From positions 545 through 64,544 of the forward strand of contig JBBQDT010000004.1 of the NCBI GenBank assembly GCA_038319955.1: a DNA stretch of 64,000 bases. The letters are read 5' to 3'. The stretch's first letter is position 1. Each line of letters begins with the position of its first letter. Below the pieces are notes generated by a model, which saw nothing but the letters and a program-made list of their open reading frames with translations, ran no database searches and had not been told where the DNA came from. This stretch comes from Gemmatimonadales bacterium (GTDB taxonomy: Bacteria > Gemmatimonadota > Gemmatimonadetes > Gemmatimonadales > Gemmatimonadaceae). Position numbers and translations under genes: made by a program. Of the stretch, positions 24,262 through 34,391 are shown piece by piece.

Positions 24262-25064
24262 CTGCCGCCGTCCGACCCATGCCGCCTGCCGTGCGCGCAT
24301 CGACCGTCTTTCTCGCGCTGCTCCATCGTGATGTTCGCGTGGCGAGCAAGGAACTGCCGTACTTCCTGCTGCGCACGATCATGCAGCCGGTACTCTTCCT
24401 CATCGTGTTCGGCTTCCTGTTGCCGAAGATGGGTTTCGTCCGCGGCGGCTACCAGACGGCGCTGCTCCCTGGCATCCTCGCGGTGAGCCTGGCGCTGTCG
24501 GCGATTCAGTCCGTCGCGCTGCCGATGGTGCAGGACTTTGGGTGGACAAAGGAAATCGAGGATCGGTTGCTGGCACCGGTGTCGACGCGTGTCGTCGCGG
24601 CGGAGAAGATCGTCGCTGGCGTCCTGCAGGGCATCATCTCGGCACTCGTGGTACTGCCCATCGCCCGACTCGTCATGGGACCCATCGTGGGCCTGACCTT
24701 CGCGCACTTCGGTGACGTCCTCGTCATCACCATTCTCGGCGCGGCGGCGTTCTCGTCGCTCGGCATGTGGCTCGGCACGGCGATCGCACCGCAGCAGATC
24801 GGCCTGATGTTCAGCGCGATCATCGCGCCGATGATGTTCTTCGGCTGCGCGTACTATCCATGGCGCGGGCTCGATGCCGTGCCGGTGATGAAGGCTCTCG
24901 TGCTCATCAATCCGCTCACCTACGTCGCCGAGGGAATGCGGGGCGCGTTGACCCCCGAGATCCCGCACATGCCACTGTTGGTGGCGATGGGCGCGCTGCT
25001 CATCATCTCCATGCTCTTCTGGGTCATGGGCTACCGCAGCTTTCGCAAGCGGGCAATCGGATGA
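24258..25064 (+). CDS. ABC-2 type transporter permease
   Basis: A six-TM protein overlapping the ATPase stop by 4 nt. TTG start preceded by GGGAGGA. Confidence 0.85.
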   Translation: MTAAVRPMPPAVRASTVFLALLHRDVRVASKELPYFLLRTIMQPVLFLIVFGFLLPKMGFVRGGYQTALLPGILAVSLALSAIQSVALPMVQDFGWTKEIEDRLLAPVSTRVVAAEKIVAGVLQGIISALVVLPIARLVMGPIVGLTFAHFGDVLVITILGAAAFSSLGMWLGTAIAPQQIGLMFSAIIAPMMFFGCAYYPWRGLDAVPVMKALVLINPLTYVAEGMRGALTPEIPHMPLLVAMGALLIISMLFWVMGYRSFRKRAIG

Positions 25065-25663
25065 GCGACCTCGCATCCCTGTCGGAGCCCTTCGCCCGCT
25101 TCGACGCGCTGCTCCAGGAGGCCAGGGCGGTCGGTGCCGACCGACTGCCGGAGCCGACGGCGTTCGCTTTGGGCACGGTAAGCGAGACGGGGCAGCCCGC
25201 GGTGCGCATCCTGTTGCTCAAGGGCGTCGACGATCGCGGCTTCGTGTTCTACACCAACTACGAGAGTCGCAAGGGACGCGAACTGCTCGCGCATCCGCAG
25301 GCCGCGATGTGCTTTCACTGGCAGCCGCTCGAGCGGCAGGTGCGCGTCGAGGGCGTGACGACGCGCGTGAGTACCGACGAGGCCGACGACTACTTCGCGA
25401 GCCGCGCGCGGGGTAGCCAGGTCGGTGCGTGGGCGTCGCGACAGAGCCAGCCCATCGAGCATGCGGGAGATCTCGAGGCGCGTGTGCGCGAGGTCGAGGC
25501 GCGGTTCGCTGACAGGCCGGTCACGCGTCCACCGCGCTGGTCGGGGTTCAGGCTGGTGCCGCATCGGATCGAGTTCTGGCACGGCATGCCGAGTCGGCTG
25601 CACGAGCGGAACGTCTACACGCGTGAGGGTGACGGATGGCGGACGGAGATCCTCTACCCGTAG
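25061..25663 (+). CDS. pdxH: Pyridoxamine 5'-phosphate oxidase
   Basis: ATG 25061 overlaps the permease stop (ATGA). [28 protein letters not shown] and IEFWHG...RLHER match PdxH. Confidence 0.9.
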   Translation: MSDLASLSEPFARFDALLQEARAVGADRLPEPTAFALGTVSETGQPAVRILLLKGVDDRGFVFYTNYESRKGRELLAHPQAAMCFHWQPLERQVRVEGVTTRVSTDEADDYFASRARGSQVGAWASRQSQPIEHAGDLEARVREVEARFADRPVTRPPRWSGFRLVPHRIEFWHGMPSRLHERNVYTREGDGWRTEILYP

Positions 25664-25715
25664 GCGCCTGCGTTCGCCGGCACGGCACGTGACACACCCC
25701 GTTATCTTTCGCGCC

Positions 25716-27671
25716 ATGGCGACTCAGAGCATGGAAAGCACTTCCGCCGTTCCGGCGGATCCCTGGAGCATCGAGAAGGCACGCGCCCTTTACAACATCG
25801 AGGGTTGGGGTGCGGGCTTCTTCGACATCGACGAGCGTGGACACGTCGTCGTCCGCCCCGACAAGGAGCATCCCGAGCGGCAGCTCAGCCTCCACGATCT
25901 CGCCAACGACCTCGAGGAGCAGGGCGTTGCCCTGCCCGTCCTGCTGCGCTTCTCCGATATCCTGCGCTCACGCATCGAAGCGCTGAGCGAGCGGTTCGCG
26001 AACGCGATCCGCGAGTACGAGTACACTGGCGGGTATACCACCGTGTACCCGATCAAGGTGAACCAGCAGCGCCACGTGGTCGAGGAGATCGTCCAGTTCG
26101 GCGCAAAGCATGGCGTCGGCCTCGAGTGCGGGTCCAAGCCGGAACTGCAGGCCGTCCTCGGCCTGTCGGAGAGCACGGAACACCTCATCGTCTGCAACGG
26201 CTACAAGGACGACGAGTTCATGCGCCTCGCCCTCATGGGGCAGAAGCTCGGTCATCAGGTCTTCATCGTCATCGAGCAGCTGAGCGAGATCGATGTTCTG
26301 TTGGCTGCGGCGGAGGAACTGGGCGTGACGCCCACAGCCGGCATCCGGATCAAGCTCGCGAGCACAGGCTACGGCCGCTGGAAGGAAAGCGGTGGCGAGA
26401 AGTCGAAGTTCGGGCTCAACGCAGCGCAGCTGATGGAGGCGGTCGATCGCCTCAAGGCGGCCGGCCGACTCGACATCGTCAAGCTGATCCACTTCCACCT
26501 CGGCTCGCAGATCACCGACATCCGGTACATCAAGTCGGGGCTCCAGGAGGTCGCGCGCTTCTACGCCGAGCTCCGCGCACTGGGCGTCGACATCACCCAC
26601 GTGGACGTGGGCGGTGGCCTCGGCGTGGACTACGACGGCACGAACTCCACCTCGGACGCGAGTGTCAACTACTCGCTCCAGGAGTATGCGAACGATGTCA
26701 TTTATACCATCGCCGAATCGTGCCGCGAGCTCGACCTGCCGATGCCGCACATCATCAGCGAGTCGGGACGCGCGCTCACGGCGCATCATGCGCTGCTGCT
26801 GCTCAAGGTGATCGACGTCGAGTCGGTCGCGCAGGTCACTATGCCGAAGCTGTCCGACGATGATCACGCCGTCCTGCACGAGATGGCCGAGGACCATGCG
26901 GCCCTGAGCAAGCCGAAGGTGGCGCGACGAAAGGTAAAGGAGGTGTTCCACGACGTCACCTTCGACAAGGAGCGCGCGCAGCAGTTCTTCGCCAGCGGCG
27001 TCCTCTCCCTTCGCGAGCGCGCCATGGCCGAGCAGATGTATCACGCCACGGTGAACCTGATCGCGAAGATCGTCGTGCAGGATCGCGACCAGTATCAGGA
27101 TATCATTGCCGATCTCGATGCCGTGCTGGTGGATCGCTACTTCTGCAATTTCTCGCTCTTCCAGTCGCTGCCGGACAGCTGGGCGATCGACCAGCTCTTC
27201 CCGATCATGCCGATTCACCGGCTCGCCGAGGAACCGACGCGTCGTGGCACGCTCCAGGACATCACGTGCGACTCCGACGGCAAGATCGATCGCTTCGTCG
27301 GTGAGAAGGGGGGCAACCCGTCACTCGAGCTGCACGAGTGGCGCGACGGCGATCCCTACATGCTCGGCATCTTCCTCACCGGCGCCTATCAGGAGATCCT
27401 CGGCGACCTCCACAACCTGTTCGGTGACACGAACGCGGCGCATATCCGCCTGGCGAACGGCGGGTACGAGATCACGGATCTCGTACATGGCGATACGGTG
27501 ACGGAGGTGCTGAACTACGTGCAGTTCCGTGCCTCGGACCTGCTCCAGACCTTCCGCCGCAAGGTGACCCAGGTGAAGCACCTGAGCCGGACGGATGCGA
27601 ACGCCTTCATCGCGGACTACGTGGCGGGATTGGAGGGGTACACGTACCTCGAGGGCGAAGCGGCGCAGTGA
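25716..27671 (+). CDS. speA: Biosynthetic arginine decarboxylase
   Basis: From ATG 25716: WSIEKARALYNIEGWGAGFF, TVYPIKVNQ (PLP lysine context) and a 651-aa length match SpeA. The upstream part of ORF 25425.. overlaps pdxH. Confidence 0.9.
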   Translation: MATQSMESTSAVPADPWSIEKARALYNIEGWGAGFFDIDERGHVVVRPDKEHPERQLSLHDLANDLEEQGVALPVLLRFSDILRSRIEALSERFANAIREYEYTGGYTTVYPIKVNQQRHVVEEIVQFGAKHGVGLECGSKPELQAVLGLSESTEHLIVCNGYKDDEFMRLALMGQKLGHQVFIVIEQLSEIDVLLAAAEELGVTPTAGIRIKLASTGYGRWKESGGEKSKFGLNAAQLMEAVDRLKAAGRLDIVKLIHFHLGSQITDIRYIKSGLQEVARFYAELRALGVDITHVDVGGGLGVDYDGTNSTSDASVNYSLQEYANDVIYTIAESCRELDLPMPHIISESGRALTAHHALLLLKVIDVESVAQVTMPKLSDDDHAVLHEMAEDHAALSKPKVARRKVKEVFHDVTFDKERAQQFFASGVLSLRERAMAEQMYHATVNLIAKIVVQDRDQYQDIIADLDAVLVDRYFCNFSLFQSLPDSWAIDQLFPIMPIHRLAEEPTRRGTLQDITCDSDGKIDRFVGEKGGNPSLELHEWRDGDPYMLGIFLTGAYQEILGDLHNLFGDTNAAHIRLANGGYEITDLVHGDTVTEVLNYVQFRASDLLQTFRRKVTQVKHLSRTDANAFIADYVAGLEGYTYLEGEAAQ

Positions 27672-27672
27672 G

Positions 27673-28221
27673 CTAGGGCGCGCCGGTCGCAGGTGGAGCG
27701 ATGTTCTCGATGCTCACATCCTTCGCGTGCAAGGTCCCGCCTCCGCTCAGTATCAGGCCGTAGATGATCCTGGTGGCCGACGTCGGCACGTCGAGCGTCG
27801 TGACCTGCTCACTCCACGCCGTGGTGCCGCTGAGCATGCGAGACATGTTGTTCTCGAGTTTCAGTGAACCGCTCGCGCCGTCGATGCGCAGCCACGTGGC
27901 GCCTCCCACGTTCGCCGAATCAGTGCGAATGAGCGCGCGCAAGCGTACGCGCCGGCCGCGGTAAGGTTCTGCATTCACGATCGCCGCGGTGGCACCGAAC
28001 TGGTTCGGCCCTTCGATTACATTGGCCAATCGCGTCAGCGAAAGGGAATGTCCTCCATCACTGATGCCGACGATGGCGTATAACGGCTCTGCCATTCCTG
28101 TGAGTTCCCAATCCACCGACTGCGATGTGTCGACTTGGGCGAGAAGAACAGGGGCCGCCGTCAAGACACCGAAAAGGAAAGCGATCGGGGAGGCGAAGCG
28201 AACATGCGCGGAGCGATTCAT
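27673..28221 (-). CDS. Hypothetical secreted protein
   Basis: 182-aa ORF with a signal peptide (FLFGVLTAAPVLLAQ) and GC3-rich codons. No recognisable family. Its stop codon is 1 nt from the speA stop. Confidence 0.6.
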   Translation of the reverse strand: MNRSAHVRFASPIAFLFGVLTAAPVLLAQVDTSQSVDWELTGMAEPLYAIVGISDGGHSLSLTRLANVIEGPNQFGATAAIVNAEPYRGRRVRLRALIRTDSANVGGATWLRIDGASGSLKLENNMSRMLSGTTAWSEQVTTLDVPTSATRIIYGLILSGGGTLHAKDVSIENIAPPATGAP

Positions 28222-28337
28222 CGAGTCCCGCCAGGATGATGGTGCGCCAGTATCGCCGGACTCCGTCAGCGACGCAAGAAAAATGTTGACAGAAGCAAGT
28301 GACGGGCGCGGTAAGAGGTAAGCGGCTGGAGGAAAAT

Positions 28338-28372
28338 GAGAGGCGCCCGGGACTCAGTCCGGGGCGCCTCTC
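28338..28372 (-). terminator. Rho-independent terminator of the sod gene (centre of a longer imperfect palindrome)
   Basis: A 15-bp stem with one mismatch, GAGAGGCGCCCGGGAC/GTCCGGGGCGCCTCTC, followed on the minus strand by ATTTTCC. Confidence 0.75.
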
Positions 28373-28423
28373 TTCCACCTTACCGCTCACCCATTACCGC
28401 TCACTCCTTAGCCTAACCCCGTC

Positions 28424-29023
28424 TTACAGTCTCTTCGCCACCGCATCCCAGTTCACCACGTTCCACCAGGCCTTCAGATAATCCGGCCGGCGATTCTGGT
28501 ACGTGAGGTAGTACGCGTGCTCCCACACGTCGTTGCCGAGGATGGGTGCAGGCTTGCCGTCCATGATCGGGTTGTCCTGGTTGGGCGTGCTCGAGATGGA
28601 GAGCTTTCCGCCATCGTTATTGAGCCATACCCAGCCCGAGCCGAAGCGGCCCGCGCCGGCAGCCTGGAACTGCTCCTTGAACTTCTCGAAGTCGCCGAAG
28701 GCGCTGTTGATCGCATCGGCGAGCTTGCCGGTGGGTGCGCCGCCCGCGTTCGGACCCATCGTCTGCCAGAATTGCGAGTGATTGAAGTGTCCGCCGCCAT
28801 TGTTGCGCACCGCGGTGCGAATCGCTTCTGGCACGCTGTTCAGGTCCTTCAGCAATTCGGCGACTGGCTTGTCGGCGAGCTCTGGTGCCTTTTCGAGTGC
28901 AGCGTTCAGATTGGTGACGTAAGCGTTGTGATGCTTCCCGTGATGGATCTCCATCGTCTTGGCATCGATGTGCGGCTCGAGCGCGTCGAAGGAGTAGGGA
29001 AGGGCCGGAAGCGTGTGCGCCAT
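28424..29023 (-). CDS. Fe/Mn superoxide dismutase
   Basis: [22 protein letters not shown] and DVWEHAYYL are signatures of the Fe/Mn SOD family. I cannot assign the metal specificity by eye. Confidence 0.95.
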   Translation of the reverse strand: MAHTLPALPYSFDALEPHIDAKTMEIHHGKHHNAYVTNLNAALEKAPELADKPVAELLKDLNSVPEAIRTAVRNNGGGHFNHSQFWQTMGPNAGGAPTGKLADAINSAFGDFEKFKEQFQAAGAGRFGSGWVWLNNDGGKLSISSTPNQDNPIMDGKPAPILGNDVWEHAYYLTYQNRRPDYLKAWWNVVNWDAVAKRL

Positions 29024-29060
29024 TGAGGTCTCCAGGTTGATTCCGATGTGCGATGTGCTG

Positions 29061-29696
29061 CTAAGCCGCCGATGCGCGCGAGCGTTCCCGCTGCCACGAG
29101 ATGAGGCCGGGCAGCAGCGACAGGAAGATCACGACGAGGATGACCTTGGTGATGTGGTTCTCGATACCGGGAATGAAGCGGCCCAGAAAGAACCCGATGA
29201 ACAGCATCGACCAGATCCAGAGTACTGCTCCCAGCACGTTGTAGGCCGTGTAGCCGCGCAGCGGCATCTTCCCAAGGCCGGCCACCACCGGCACGAACGT
29301 GCGGACGATGGGCATGAAACGCGCAATGACCAGAGCCTTCCCGCCGTGCTTGAGGAAAAATTCGTGTGCGCGGAGCAGGTGTTTCTTCTTGAACAGCAAC
29401 GAATCATCTCGCTTGAACAACATCGGACCACTGTACCAGCCAATCGCATATCCGACCGTATTGCCGACAATGGCGGCCACGGTCAGCAGGAGGCCGAGCA
29501 GCCAGACGTTGAGGCCGAACTGCGGCTGTGACGACAGCAGGCCCGCCGTCACGAGCAGAGAGTCGCCTGGCAGGAAGAAGCCGACGAGCAGCCCCGTCTC
29601 CGCAAAGATGATCGCGGTGAGGCCCACATATCCGCCAAGACGCACGAGCTGTTGTACGTCCGTGAGCTGATGAAAGAGATCGAGAAGCGATTGCAT
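29061..29696 (-). CDS. DedA family (VTT domain) membrane protein
   Basis: [27 protein letters not shown] and [11 protein letters not shown] motifs. The start is taken at ATG 29696; a GTG at 29744 is an alternative. Confidence 0.8.
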   Translation of the reverse strand: MQSLLDLFHQLTDVQQLVRLGGYVGLTAIIFAETGLLVGFFLPGDSLLVTAGLLSSQPQFGLNVWLLGLLLTVAAIVGNTVGYAIGWYSGPMLFKRDDSLLFKKKHLLRAHEFFLKHGGKALVIARFMPIVRTFVPVVAGLGKMPLRGYTAYNVLGAVLWIWSMLFIGFFLGRFIPGIENHITKVILVVIFLSLLPGLISWQRERSRASAA

Positions 29697-29876
29697 GAGG
29701 GTCGGCGGGAGTTGGACGTCGTGAGCGACGGAAGTTCGGCACACACCCGGGCAGGGTCAACGGGGGTGCGCACCGAGCCGCTACCGACGAGCGATCACGC
29801 TCTTGCGATTCCCGCGCCCGTCGCGAGTCGCTGGCACCGCGCTGGAGTGACGCCGCGTACCGAGCGCATCGTGTCG

Positions 29877-30917
29877 ATGGCGGGAAATCTCCTCGTCATC
29901 CTTCTCGCCGTCGGGTGGACGTGGACGATCGTGGACGAACGAGCACATCCCCGTACCGACACTCCGTCCGCCACGGCTCAGATCGCCGCTGCGCTGACCT
30001 CGACCAGTGCGCCTAGCGTCGCATATCTCACCGACGCCTCGCTCAATGCCCTCACAGGCGGGCTGCGCGGCACGAGCGGCAAGCTGCGCGCACAGCTCCA
30101 GACCGCCGGATCGCCGATCGTCGCAGATTCCGCTCTCCCGGGAACAGCGCTCACCGTGCCCCAAGCGGAAACGAGTGGCTCCACGGTCGCACCCAAGGCC
30201 GGCGTGTGGAAACTCGCCGTCGCCGTCGGCAAGGCGATCAAGCCGATCTCCGACTTCAGCCTCATCAGTCTCCGTCCGCGCAGCGACAAGCAGAACGGCA
30301 AGGTGGGACTCTACTTTCTCGGCAATTGGCCCGGTGAGACAGGCCCGGTGCGCGCGCCGGCGAAGGCGCCCGCCGCGCGCTACCAGCCGCCCAGTGGCTT
30401 CATCGAGGTCACGCAGCAGAATGCGGATACGAGGCTGTCGGAGCATTTCACCCTGCGCGACTTTCTCACCCACGACCAGCCCAGCGTGTGGCCCAAGTAT
30501 CTCGTGATCGAGATGCGGAATGTGGACAAGCTGGAGCTGGTGCTCAGCGATCTCGCGTCGCGTGGCGTGGACGTCAGCGGCGTGCACGTCATGAGCGGCT
30601 TCCGGTCGCCGCAATACAACAAGGGCGGTGGGAATACGGGTGGTCGAGCCGGGCTGAGCCGTCACATGTACGGCGATGCCGCCGACATCTTCATCGACAG
30701 CGATCACAACGGTGTCATGGACGACCTGGATCACGACGGCCGTATTACCATCGGGGATGCCCGCGTGATCCTGCAGGCGCTGGACAGGGTGGAAGCCGCA
30801 CATCCCGAACTCGTCGGGGGTGGAGGCGTCTATCCGGCTGAGGCTGGGCACGGACCTTTCATACATATCGACTCACGGGGCTATCGAGCCCGGTGGATCG
30901 GATCCGGAGGAGGATAA
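29877..30917 (+). CDS. Peptidase M15A-like (DUF882/YcbK-type) cell-wall peptidase with an N-terminal membrane anchor
   Basis: From ATG 29877 (MAGNLLVILLAVGW): SGFRSPQYN, SRHMYGDAADIF, and a final HIDSR. An Asp-rich insertion DSDHNGVMDDLDHDGRITIGD lies between the metal-ligand motifs. Confidence 0.7.
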   Translation: MAGNLLVILLAVGWTWTIVDERAHPRTDTPSATAQIAAALTSTSAPSVAYLTDASLNALTGGLRGTSGKLRAQLQTAGSPIVADSALPGTALTVPQAETSGSTVAPKAGVWKLAVAVGKAIKPISDFSLISLRPRSDKQNGKVGLYFLGNWPGETGPVRAPAKAPAARYQPPSGFIEVTQQNADTRLSEHFTLRDFLTHDQPSVWPKYLVIEMRNVDKLELVLSDLASRGVDVSGVHVMSGFRSPQYNKGGGNTGGRAGLSRHMYGDAADIFIDSDHNGVMDDLDHDGRITIGDARVILQALDRVEAAHPELVGGGGVYPAEAGHGPFIHIDSRGYRARWIGSGGG

Positions 30918-31385
30918 ATGAGCGAACATCGGCGAACACAGGACGCGGCAGGCGAAGCACCGGCCTTGGGTCCCATCGAGCGGCTGGGGCAGGTACTCAA
31001 GTCGGAGGATGGTGTCGTCGAGATACCCGGTATCCGGCAGAGCGATCTCGAACCCTACGTCGGGCTCAGGTACCTCTCCAAGCTGTTCAAGTTGATGGGA
31101 GTGATCCTCGGATTGCTCCTCATCGCGGAAATCGTGACTGGAGTGATGGCGCAGGGTGGCGCGGCCGTGCCCACGCTGCTTGGTGAGGCCAGTCGGCTCA
31201 TCGTTTTGGCAGGGTTGCTCTGGGGCGTCGGCGACCTTGCCATCCTGCTCATCGACGTCGGGCACGACGTGCGTGCCGCGCGCATCCTGCTCGCGCGGCA
31301 GTCGCGCGCGCTGCACGGCCCGTCCGTGGAAACAGAAATTCCCGGAGCACCTCGCGAGTACGTAAATCGGGCACCTCGGCTCTAG
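30918..31385 (+). CDS. Hypothetical two-TM membrane protein
   Basis: The ATG immediately follows the M15 stop and is preceded by GGAGGAGGA. There are two hydrophobic segments and no recognisable family. Confidence 0.6.
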   Translation: MSEHRRTQDAAGEAPALGPIERLGQVLKSEDGVVEIPGIRQSDLEPYVGLRYLSKLFKLMGVILGLLLIAEIVTGVMAQGGAAVPTLLGEASRLIVLAGLLWGVGDLAILLIDVGHDVRAARILLARQSRALHGPSVETEIPGAPREYVNRAPRL

Positions 31386-31463
31386 CGGCGTCGTCTGGGT
31401 ACGATCGTTGCTTTGAGGCGGACCGAACGCGAAGCACACACTCTCAATCGAGGACTTCTTCCA

Positions 31464-31613
31464 ATGCTCTTCACCATCGCGATTGTCCTCCTCGTCCTGT
31501 GGGCACTCGGCTTCTTCGTCGTACACGTCGGCGGTGGGCTGATTCACGCCCTGCTGGTCATCGCGCTGATCGTCATCGTGTACCGCCTGCTCACGGGCCA
31601 GAAGGTCGCGTAG
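31464..31613 (+). CDS. lmo0937 family small membrane protein (49 aa)
   Basis: MLFTIAIVLLVLWALGFF...GGLIHALLVIALIVIVYRLL matches the lmo0937/DUF5670 pattern. GAGGA lies 10 nt upstream of ATG 31464. Confidence 0.7.
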   Translation: MLFTIAIVLLVLWALGFFVVHVGGGLIHALLVIALIVIVYRLLTGQKVA

Positions 31614-31641
31614 CACGATCGGATTGGCCGTCGAACGCTGA

Positions 31642-31674
31642 AGACGTCGTGCCCACCCGGGCACGACGTCTTTC
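31642..31674 (+). terminator. Rho-independent terminator
   Basis: A 13-bp perfect stem AGACGTCGTGCCC/GGGCACGACGTCT with a 4-nt loop, followed by TTC. Confidence 0.7.
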
Positions 31675-31734
31675 GCGTCTCGCGACGACGTGCCGCCTCT
31701 CGAATGCGCCGCGCCCGCGTGTAGCTTCTCCCGC

Positions 31735-34344
31735 ATGTCCCCCCTCCGCGATCTCTACATCGTCTCTCACACGCATTGGGATCGCGAGTGGTATCGCACG
31801 GAGGCGCAATTCCGTCAGCGGCTCGTTCGCCTGGTCGACGACCTGCTCGACGATCCGCCGGAAGTCGGTGAGAGCTTCCTGCTCGACGGGCAGGCCATCC
31901 TCGTGGAGGACTATCTCGCCGTCCGCCCCGAGCGTGCTGCGGAGCTTTCAACGCTGCTTCGCGATGGCCGGCTCGAAGTAGGTCCGTGGTACGTACTCGC
32001 CGACAACCTGATCCCAAGCGGCGAAGCACTCGTTCGAAATCTCCTGCTCGGTCGAGCGACCGTTCGACGTCTTCGCGGCGAGCCGCCGCCAGTGCTCTAC
32101 TGTCCGGACTCGTTCGGCCATCCTGCCATCCTTCCCGATCTCGCTGCCGGCTTCGGGCTGGACGTCGTCATTCTATGGCGAGGCCTCGGGGGCGCGCGCT
32201 CACCGTCAGGTGACGCCGTGCGCTGGCGCGGGCGCACGGGCGAGCGCGTGCTCGTCCACCATCTGCCGCCAGATGGTTACGAGTTCGGCAGCGCGCTGCC
32301 GCCGACTCGAGAGGGCGCCGTGGACCGCTGGCAGCGGATCGTCGACGTGCTCGCTCCTCGGGCAGTCACCGGAATGGCACTCCTTTTCAACGGCGCGGAT
32401 CATCACGCTCGGCAGCGCCATCGCGCGGACGCCATTAGCGCATTTGCCTCCGCGGCCGAGCCAGTGCGCGTGCACGCGAGCTCGTTGCGCGGTGGTATGG
32501 CCGCCCTTGTCCTAAGCGCGCATACGGCGCCGCTGCCAGAGCTCACCGGCGAGCTGCGCGATTCCTACGGCTACACCTGGGCGCTGCAGGGAACACTCGG
32601 TACACGCGCCGGACAGAAGCGGCGGAATGCCATCGCTGAGCGCGCACTGGTTCGCGACGTGGAACCCTGGATCGTCCTCGCCAGCGGTGCAGCGTCCGGC
32701 GCGACTCGAGCGCTCGTCGCGCACGGATGGCGCACACTCCTCCAGGCGCATCCGCACGATACCCTCTGCGGCACGTCGATCGACGAAGTGGCTCACGCGT
32801 TCGACACGCGGCTCGCCTCAGTCGAAGAGCAATCGCTCGGCCTGCAGACGGACGCCCTGTACGCACTCGTGTCGCACGATGTGGAGGACGCGCGCACGAG
32901 GGGTTCCGATTGGAGGCCCGCGGTGGTGCTGCGCAATCCGGTCGCACGCGCACGCGGTGGCATCGTCGAGCTCACGTTGCGCGCGACGCTCGCCGACATC
33001 GCCGTCGGTCCGGGGTCCGCGACACGACAGGGCAAGAGACAGAGCGCGCCGAAGTGGCGGGTCCAGGGAATGCCGCTACAGATCCTCGCGCGCCGTGAGC
33101 GGGTGACGCTCACGGAATCGCCGCGGGCGTATCCCGATGCCGATCTGGTGCTCGAGGCGCGCGCCGTGGGCTGGATGGATGCCATTGGCGGGTACGTCGT
33201 TGAGACTCGGCCGCAGCGCGGTCGTTCCAGTACGGTGCCCCCCCATCCCGTCGTCGCGCACGGCACGTCGCTCGACAACGGGCGAGTGCGGATCGAGGTC
33301 GCCGCCGACGGTTGCGTCACTCTCGAGGATCACGAGCGCGGAACGCGGATCGCCGGCTTGTTCACGTTGGAGCGGGCGCGTGACGTGGGCGATCTCTACA
33401 CGCCGTCGATTCGCGACGCGCTGCCGCTACCAGAGGTGCGTCGTGTGACGCTGATGCACCGCGGTCCGCTGCGTGGCGAGATCGCCATCGACTACCGCAC
33501 ACAGAAGCGGTCGGGCAGTTCGTGCCGCGCGACCATTCAACTCGACGCGAATGCACGCGCGGTGCGCATCATCATCACGGGGGAGAATCACGATCGCGAT
33601 CAACGCCTGCGACTGCGGATCTCTACCGGACTCGCGTCGGCAACCACCGTTGCCGACGCAGCGTTCTTTCCCATTGCGCGCTCTCGCCTGCAGATCAGTG
33701 ACGCCGATGCGGCCATGGAAAGCGTCGTTCCAACCGCGCCACTGCATCGATGGGTGGCCCGATTCGCATCCAATGGCGGCGCGGTGCTCGTCTCCGACGG
33801 CTTGGCGGAGTACGAGAGCGGAGAGGACGGCAGTATTGCCGTGACGCTCGTGCGCGGAGTGGGTGCGCTTTCGCGCGCCGACCTGCCAGAGCGTCCGGGC
33901 CACGCGGGATGGCCCGCGACCACCCCTGACGCCCAATGCATCGGTGCGTACGAGGCGCGTTTTGCCCTGCAGTGCTTTCCTCCCGACTCACCCGCAGTGC
34001 GCGACGACATCGAGCGATTTGCCGAGGACGAGCTGTTGCCCATCATCGGCGAATCGCTGCGCTCGAACATCCTGACGCCGAGAAGTGGCGGTGGCCTCGA
34101 GCTCCGCGGCGATGGTCTCACCTTCAGCGCGGCACTCCCGGCGCAGGCCGACGGCTGGAGCGTTTTGCGCTGCGTGAATCAGCGCGATGAATCCGTTCCG
34201 GGCGTGTGGCGGCTCGGCGTTGTGATAGGCGAGGCGAAGCGTGCGCGCCTCGATGAGACGCCACTCGAGTCGTTGCCGGTGGAAGACGGCATGATACGGT
34301 TCACCGCCGCACCGAACGAGATCGTCACGATACTCGTGCGGTGA
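31735..34344 (+). CDS. Glycoside hydrolase family 38 (alpha-mannosidase-like)
   Basis: From ATG 31735: LYIVSHTHWDREWY, VGPWYVLADNLIPSGEAL and DSFGHP are typical of the GH38 N-terminal domain. Confidence 0.85.
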   Translation: MSPLRDLYIVSHTHWDREWYRTEAQFRQRLVRLVDDLLDDPPEVGESFLLDGQAILVEDYLAVRPERAAELSTLLRDGRLEVGPWYVLADNLIPSGEALVRNLLLGRATVRRLRGEPPPVLYCPDSFGHPAILPDLAAGFGLDVVILWRGLGGARSPSGDAVRWRGRTGERVLVHHLPPDGYEFGSALPPTREGAVDRWQRIVDVLAPRAVTGMALLFNGADHHARQRHRADAISAFASAAEPVRVHASSLRGGMAALVLSAHTAPLPELTGELRDSYGYTWALQGTLGTRAGQKRRNAIAERALVRDVEPWIVLASGAASGATRALVAHGWRTLLQAHPHDTLCGTSIDEVAHAFDTRLASVEEQSLGLQTDALYALVSHDVEDARTRGSDWRPAVVLRNPVARARGGIVELTLRATLADIAVGPGSATRQGKRQSAPKWRVQGMPLQILARRERVTLTESPRAYPDADLVLEARAVGWMDAIGGYVVETRPQRGRSSTVPPHPVVAHGTSLDNGRVRIEVAADGCVTLEDHERGTRIAGLFTLERARDVGDLYTPSIRDALPLPEVRRVTLMHRGPLRGEIAIDYRTQKRSGSSCRATIQLDANARAVRIIITGENHDRDQRLRLRISTGLASATTVADAAFFPIARSRLQISDADAAMESVVPTAPLHRWVARFASNGGAVLVSDGLAEYESGEDGSIAVTLVRGVGALSRADLPERPGHAGWPATTPDAQCIGAYEARFALQCFPPDSPAVRDDIERFAEDELLPIIGESLRSNILTPRSGGGLELRGDGLTFSAALPAQADGWSVLRCVNQRDESVPGVWRLGVVIGEAKRARLDETPLESLPVEDGMIRFTAAPNEIVTILVR

Positions 34345-34351
34345 TTCGTCC

Positions 34352-34382
34352 TGTCGTCCCGAGCATCGCGAGGGACCTGCTC
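34352..34382 (+). repeat. REP-like element
   Basis: TGTCGTCCCGAGCATCGCGAGGGACCTGCTC, between the convergent stops of the GH38 gene and the dppC-like gene. Confidence 0.7.
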
Positions 34383-34391
34383 CTGCCCGAT

